DNA of 50,883 bases, taken from positions 1 to 50,883 of the forward strand of contig JBLWWO010000001.1 in assembly GCA_048267945.1 (NCBI GenBank), written 5' to 3'. The translations under genes and the position numbers were made by a program. The stretch comes from Poseidonibacter sp. (lineage in GTDB: Bacteria > Campylobacterota > Campylobacteria > Campylobacterales > Arcobacteraceae). Numbering within the stretch: the stretch's first letter is position 1; each line of letters starts with the position of its first letter. A model generated the notes under the pieces. It saw only the letters and a program-made list of their open reading frames with translations. It did not search any database and was not told where the DNA came from. Shown one piece after another: positions 47,533 to 50,883 of this stretch.

Positions 47533-48975
47533 CTATTTTTTCGGAAGATTTAAATAATACTCTATCTCAGATGGAGTTAAAATTTTAATTGTATTTGTAC
47601 TTCCTGGCATACCTACAGGATAACCTACTGTTGCTACATAAGTTTCTGTTTTATCTAATACACCTTTATCGTCTAAGTGTTTTAACATCTTTTGGAACAT
47701 TCTAGAAGCTTGTGCTTCTTTAATAGTACCAATTGGAGTTACACCCCATACTGAAGTTAAAGCACTTAATATTTTCTTTTTATGTGTAAAGGCTAAAATA
47801 GGAGTTCTTGGTCTATATCTTGACATTTTAATAGCTGATTTACCAGAACTAGTAAGTGCCAAAATACCTTTTGCTCCTAAGTCATCCGCTAATCTAGTTA
47901 CTGTTGCCTGAATTACATCAAAATGATCTAGATAATCTAATTTGTCTTGTTTGTCAAAACTATAAATATCTTCTGTTCTTGAAATAATATTACTCATTGT
48001 ATCTACAACATTTACAGGATCTTCACCAACTGCACTTTCCTCAGAAAGCATAACAACATCAGTACCATCTAATACTGCATTTGCAACATCAGAGATTTCT
48101 GCTCTTGTAGCTCTTTCATTGTGAGTCATTGATAAAAGCATTTGTGTTGCTGTAATTACAGGCATACCTTTTACATTTGCTTTTTTGATTAACATTTTTT
48201 GAATTGTTGGTACATCATAATATGGAACCTCAATACCAAGGTCACCCCTTGCTACCATTAAACCATCACTATGCTCAACAATATCATCAATATTTTCAAC
48301 TGCATCAAATTTTTCAATTTTTGCAATTAATTTACCTTTATATCCATTAAGAAGTTTTCTTGCTCTTTTCATATCATTACCATTTTGAACGAATGAAATA
48401 GCAAAATAATCAACTTGGTTTTCAACACCCCAAGCAATATCTTCTTCATCTTTTTTTGTAATTACATTAATATCAATTACAGTATTAGGAAAGTTTACAC
48501 CTTTTCTTGAAGATAAAATACCATGATTTTCAATTCTAGCTTTTACTTCATCATCTGTCTCGATAACTTTAGCTCTAATTGTTCCATCATATAAATAGAT
48601 AAATTCACCTATTTGAACTTTGTCAAGAATATCTGGGTAATTAATAGAAACAACATACTTTTTATCTGCTTCTTTATATCCAACAATTTCATCTTTTAAG
48701 AAAGTAATCACATCACCTCTATGAAGTTCAAATGGTTCTTTTAAATCCCCTACTCGCACCTTTGGTCCTGAGATATCTTGTAAGACACCAACAGTTTTGT
48801 CCAAATTTTTCATTGCAGTTCTAATATTACTTAGTGTTTGACTGTGATATTCATGGCTTCCATGTGAAAAGTTTAATCTAAACATGTTTGCACCTGCTTT
48901 TATTAATCCTTCAATGGTTTCAATGCTATGGCTTGCTGGGCCTAAAGTTGCTAAAATTTTTGTTCTTTTTTCCAC
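47533..48975 (-). CDS. pyk: Pyruvate kinase
   Basis: RTKILATLGPAS, RLNFSHG, MVARGDLG and ATQML; GTG 48975 follows AAGGAG. Confidence 0.97.
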   Translation of the reverse strand: MEKRTKILATLGPASHSIETIEGLIKAGANMFRLNFSHGSHEYHSQTLSNIRTAMKNLDKTVGVLQDISGPKVRVGDLKEPFELHRGDVITFLKDEIVGYKEADKKYVVSINYPDILDKVQIGEFIYLYDGTIRAKVIETDDEVKARIENHGILSSRKGVNFPNTVIDINVITKKDEEDIAWGVENQVDYFAISFVQNGNDMKRARKLLNGYKGKLIAKIEKFDAVENIDDIVEHSDGLMVARGDLGIEVPYYDVPTIQKMLIKKANVKGMPVITATQMLLSMTHNERATRAEISDVANAVLDGTDVVMLSEESAVGEDPVNVVDTMSNIISRTEDIYSFDKQDKLDYLDHFDVIQATVTRLADDLGAKGILALTSSGKSAIKMSRYRPRTPILAFTHKKKILSALTSVWGVTPIGTIKEAQASRMFQKMLKHLDDKGVLDKTETYVATVGYPVGMPGSTNTIKILTPSEIEYYLNLPKK

Positions 48976-49115
48976 AGTTACTCCTTTTTTTCTATATTTA
49001 TTATAACACAAATTTATTACATATTAATTACGGTTTTAAACACAATTATTTCACGACTCTTTGTTAATCTTATTATGTTAAAATAAATTATTAGTTAACT
49101 TAAGAAAGGTTTATA

Positions 49116-49841
49116 ATGAAATTCATAAATTTAAAAACAATCATATCTTCTGCTTTAGTAGCAACTCTTCTTGTGGGTTGTGCTTCTTCAAACACTAACC
49201 AAACAGTAAATGATAATCAAAGAGCAATCATTGGTACAACTGTTGGAGCCCTAGCTGGTGTTATTTTAGGAAATAATGTTGGTGGTGGAAGTAAAAGTAG
49301 AAACAAAGTAATAGGTGCAGTTGCAGGTGCAGCTATTGGTGGATATATTGGTTATAAAATGGATCAACAAGCTAAAGAGGTTGCTGATAGTTTAAATACT
49401 ACTGTTAACAACGACCCAAGTGCAGTATTGGATCCAAGCCAAGACCTGATTGTATCACATACAGATAACTACGTGAAAATAATGTTTAGAGATGCAATGA
49501 TGTTCCAAACAAACTCAGCAGTACCAACAGCAAGTGCTAGTGCTAAAATTGCAAAAGTTGGAGCAGTATTAGAAAAATATCCAAATACTTTAGTTCAAGT
49601 AGTAGGACATACAGATAGTAGAGGTTCATATACATATAACAAAGAGTTATCAGAAAAAAGAGCTTCTAATGTAGGAAATACAATCTTTGCTTCAGGTGCA
49701 AAAAATCAAATCTTCTCAAGAGGATGTTCTTTTGATAAACCAGTTGCACCAAATTCAGATGCAACAAATATGGCATTAAACAGAAGAGTAGAAATTTTTC
49801 TTTACCCTAATCAACAAGCAGTAATTGATACTTGTAAATAA
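49116..49841 (+). CDS. OmpA-family lipoprotein with glycine zipper (YiaD-like)
   Basis: Lipobox LVGC, Gly-zipper, GHTDSRG, LSEKRA and NRRVEI. Confidence 0.9.
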   Translation: MKFINLKTIISSALVATLLVGCASSNTNQTVNDNQRAIIGTTVGALAGVILGNNVGGGSKSRNKVIGAVAGAAIGGYIGYKMDQQAKEVADSLNTTVNNDPSAVLDPSQDLIVSHTDNYVKIMFRDAMMFQTNSAVPTASASAKIAKVGAVLEKYPNTLVQVVGHTDSRGSYTYNKELSEKRASNVGNTIFASGAKNQIFSRGCSFDKPVAPNSDATNMALNRRVEIFLYPNQQAVIDTCK

Positions 49842-49865
49842 AAAGAGCAATCTTTTTATTTACAA
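49832..49865 (+). terminator. Hairpin with GNRA loop overlapping the OmpA-gene stop
   Basis: TTGTAAATAAAAAGA-gcaa-TCTTTTTATTTACAA. Confidence 0.65.
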
Positions 49866-49907
49866 TCTTTTTACATCTTCAAATCAACTTTTTGATACAA
49901 TGCCATT

Positions 49908-50883
49908 ATGAAAAGATTTAATGAATATTTTAATGACTGGCTTTATGGAAAAGAGGGTTATTACTCAAACTATAAAGAAATTGGAAAAGATGGGGATTTT
50001 TATACCTCTGTTTCAACAAGCTCTTTTTTTGGAGGAACAATTGCTAAGAAAATTGTTAATTCAATTGAAGAAGGTTTCTTAGATAAAAACACTACTATAT
50101 TAGAAATTGGTGCACATCATGGTTATTTATTAGCTGATGTAATTCAATTTATTTATACTTTAAAACCACAACTTTTAGAAACTCTAAATTTTGCAATTGT
50201 TGAAAGATTTGAAAACTTACAAATTCAACAAAAAAAATATATAAATGAATCATTTGGTGATGTGATTAAATTAAAACACTACAATGATATTAAAGAAGTA
50301 AAACTAGATAGTGCTTATATCTTAGCTAATGAAATTTTTGATGCTTTTGATTGTGACTTAGTATATACAAATAGTGAAAATACTCTACAATATGCAAAAG
50401 TAGAAAACCATAAAATTAATTTTGTTGATTGTAAAGATAACAATATTATAAATCACTGTAAAAAATATGGTATTACAAAAGGTGAAGTTGCCTTATCTTA
50501 TAAAGATTTTGTAAATACTATATGTGAGAATTTTAAAACATTTGAGTTTCTGACTTTTGATTATGGAGATAGATATCCTAGAAATGATTTCTCTGCAAGA
50601 GTATATGAAAAACACAATGTATTTCCTATTTTTGAGGAAGATTTAGATTTAGAATCTTTATACAAAAAATCTGATATAACGTACGATGTTCACTTTAATT
50701 ACTTAAGTGACTTATTTAATAATAACAAAATTAAATCTCTTAAATTTAATACACAACTTAAGGCTTTAGTTGAGTTTGGTATCTTAGAATTACTAGAAAT
50801 ACTTAAAGCTAATGTTGATGAAAAGACATATTTAAGAGAGACTCAAAAAGTAAAAATACTATTAGAACCTACTGGTATGGGTG
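49908..50883 (+). CDS. Partial SAM-dependent methyltransferase (MidA/NDUFAF7, DUF185-like), runs off window end
   Basis: Manual translation MKRFNEYFNDWLYGKEGYY...GDFYTSVS...LEIGAHHG...ANEIFDAF...FDYG...DITYDV. Confidence 0.85.
   Translation, partial: MKRFNEYFNDWLYGKEGYYSNYKEIGKDGDFYTSVSTSSFFGGTIAKKIVNSIEEGFLDKNTTILEIGAHHGYLLADVIQFIYTLKPQLLETLNFAIVERFENLQIQQKKYINESFGDVIKLKHYNDIKEVKLDSAYILANEIFDAFDCDLVYTNSENTLQYAKVENHKINFVDCKDNNIINHCKKYGITKGEVALSYKDFVNTICENFKTFEFLTFDYGDRYPRNDFSARVYEKHNVFPIFEEDLDLESLYKKSDITYDVHFNYLSDLFNNNKIKSLKFNTQLKALVEFGILELLEILKANVDEKTYLRETQKVKILLEPTGMG

Noticed and set aside
1-50883. CRISPR arrays, tRNA/rRNA, IS elements, prophage or defence systems
   Set aside because: No regularly spaced repeats, cloverleaf or rRNA-like segments, transposase, integrase or phage proteins seen; nearly all sequence is explained by the listed genes

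Overview
Very AT-rich, gene-dense chromosomal window. Gene content and order point to a Campylobacterota genome, most likely Arcobacteraceae (inference): ahpC divergent from fdxA, ndk-yceD-rpmF-plsX-fabH, murI-dnaX-dsbA-hemC, a Cj0069-family gene and kinases with AHQWRQPL H-boxes. Most of it is housekeeping (hemC, dnaX, murI, metNIQ, rho, ahpC, ndk, rpmF, plsX, fabH, pabB/pabC, pyrB, argD, pyk) plus a prpB-prpC-acnD-prpF methylcitrate operon. I saw no rRNA, tRNA, CRISPR array, transposase or phage genes. The most unusual signals are: (1) dnaX stops at codon 690 while a conserved-looking tau C-terminus continues for 93 codons in the +1 frame, reachable at a CCC-CGA site behind an internal SD-like element, which suggests a programmed +1 frameshift; (2) a Vibrio-type LuxP AI-2 receptor coupled to a kinase with a LuxQ-like periplasmic domain but a Campylobacterota-type transmitter and no receiver domain; (3) an uncharacterised XRE-HTH protein divergent from the prp operon, with repeated TTGTA/TACAA sites between them; (4) a structured RNA candidate upstream of acnD; (5) an ATP-grasp plus alpha/beta-hydrolase pair splitting pabB from pabC. 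All calls come from reading the sequence and recalled family motifs; no searches were run.
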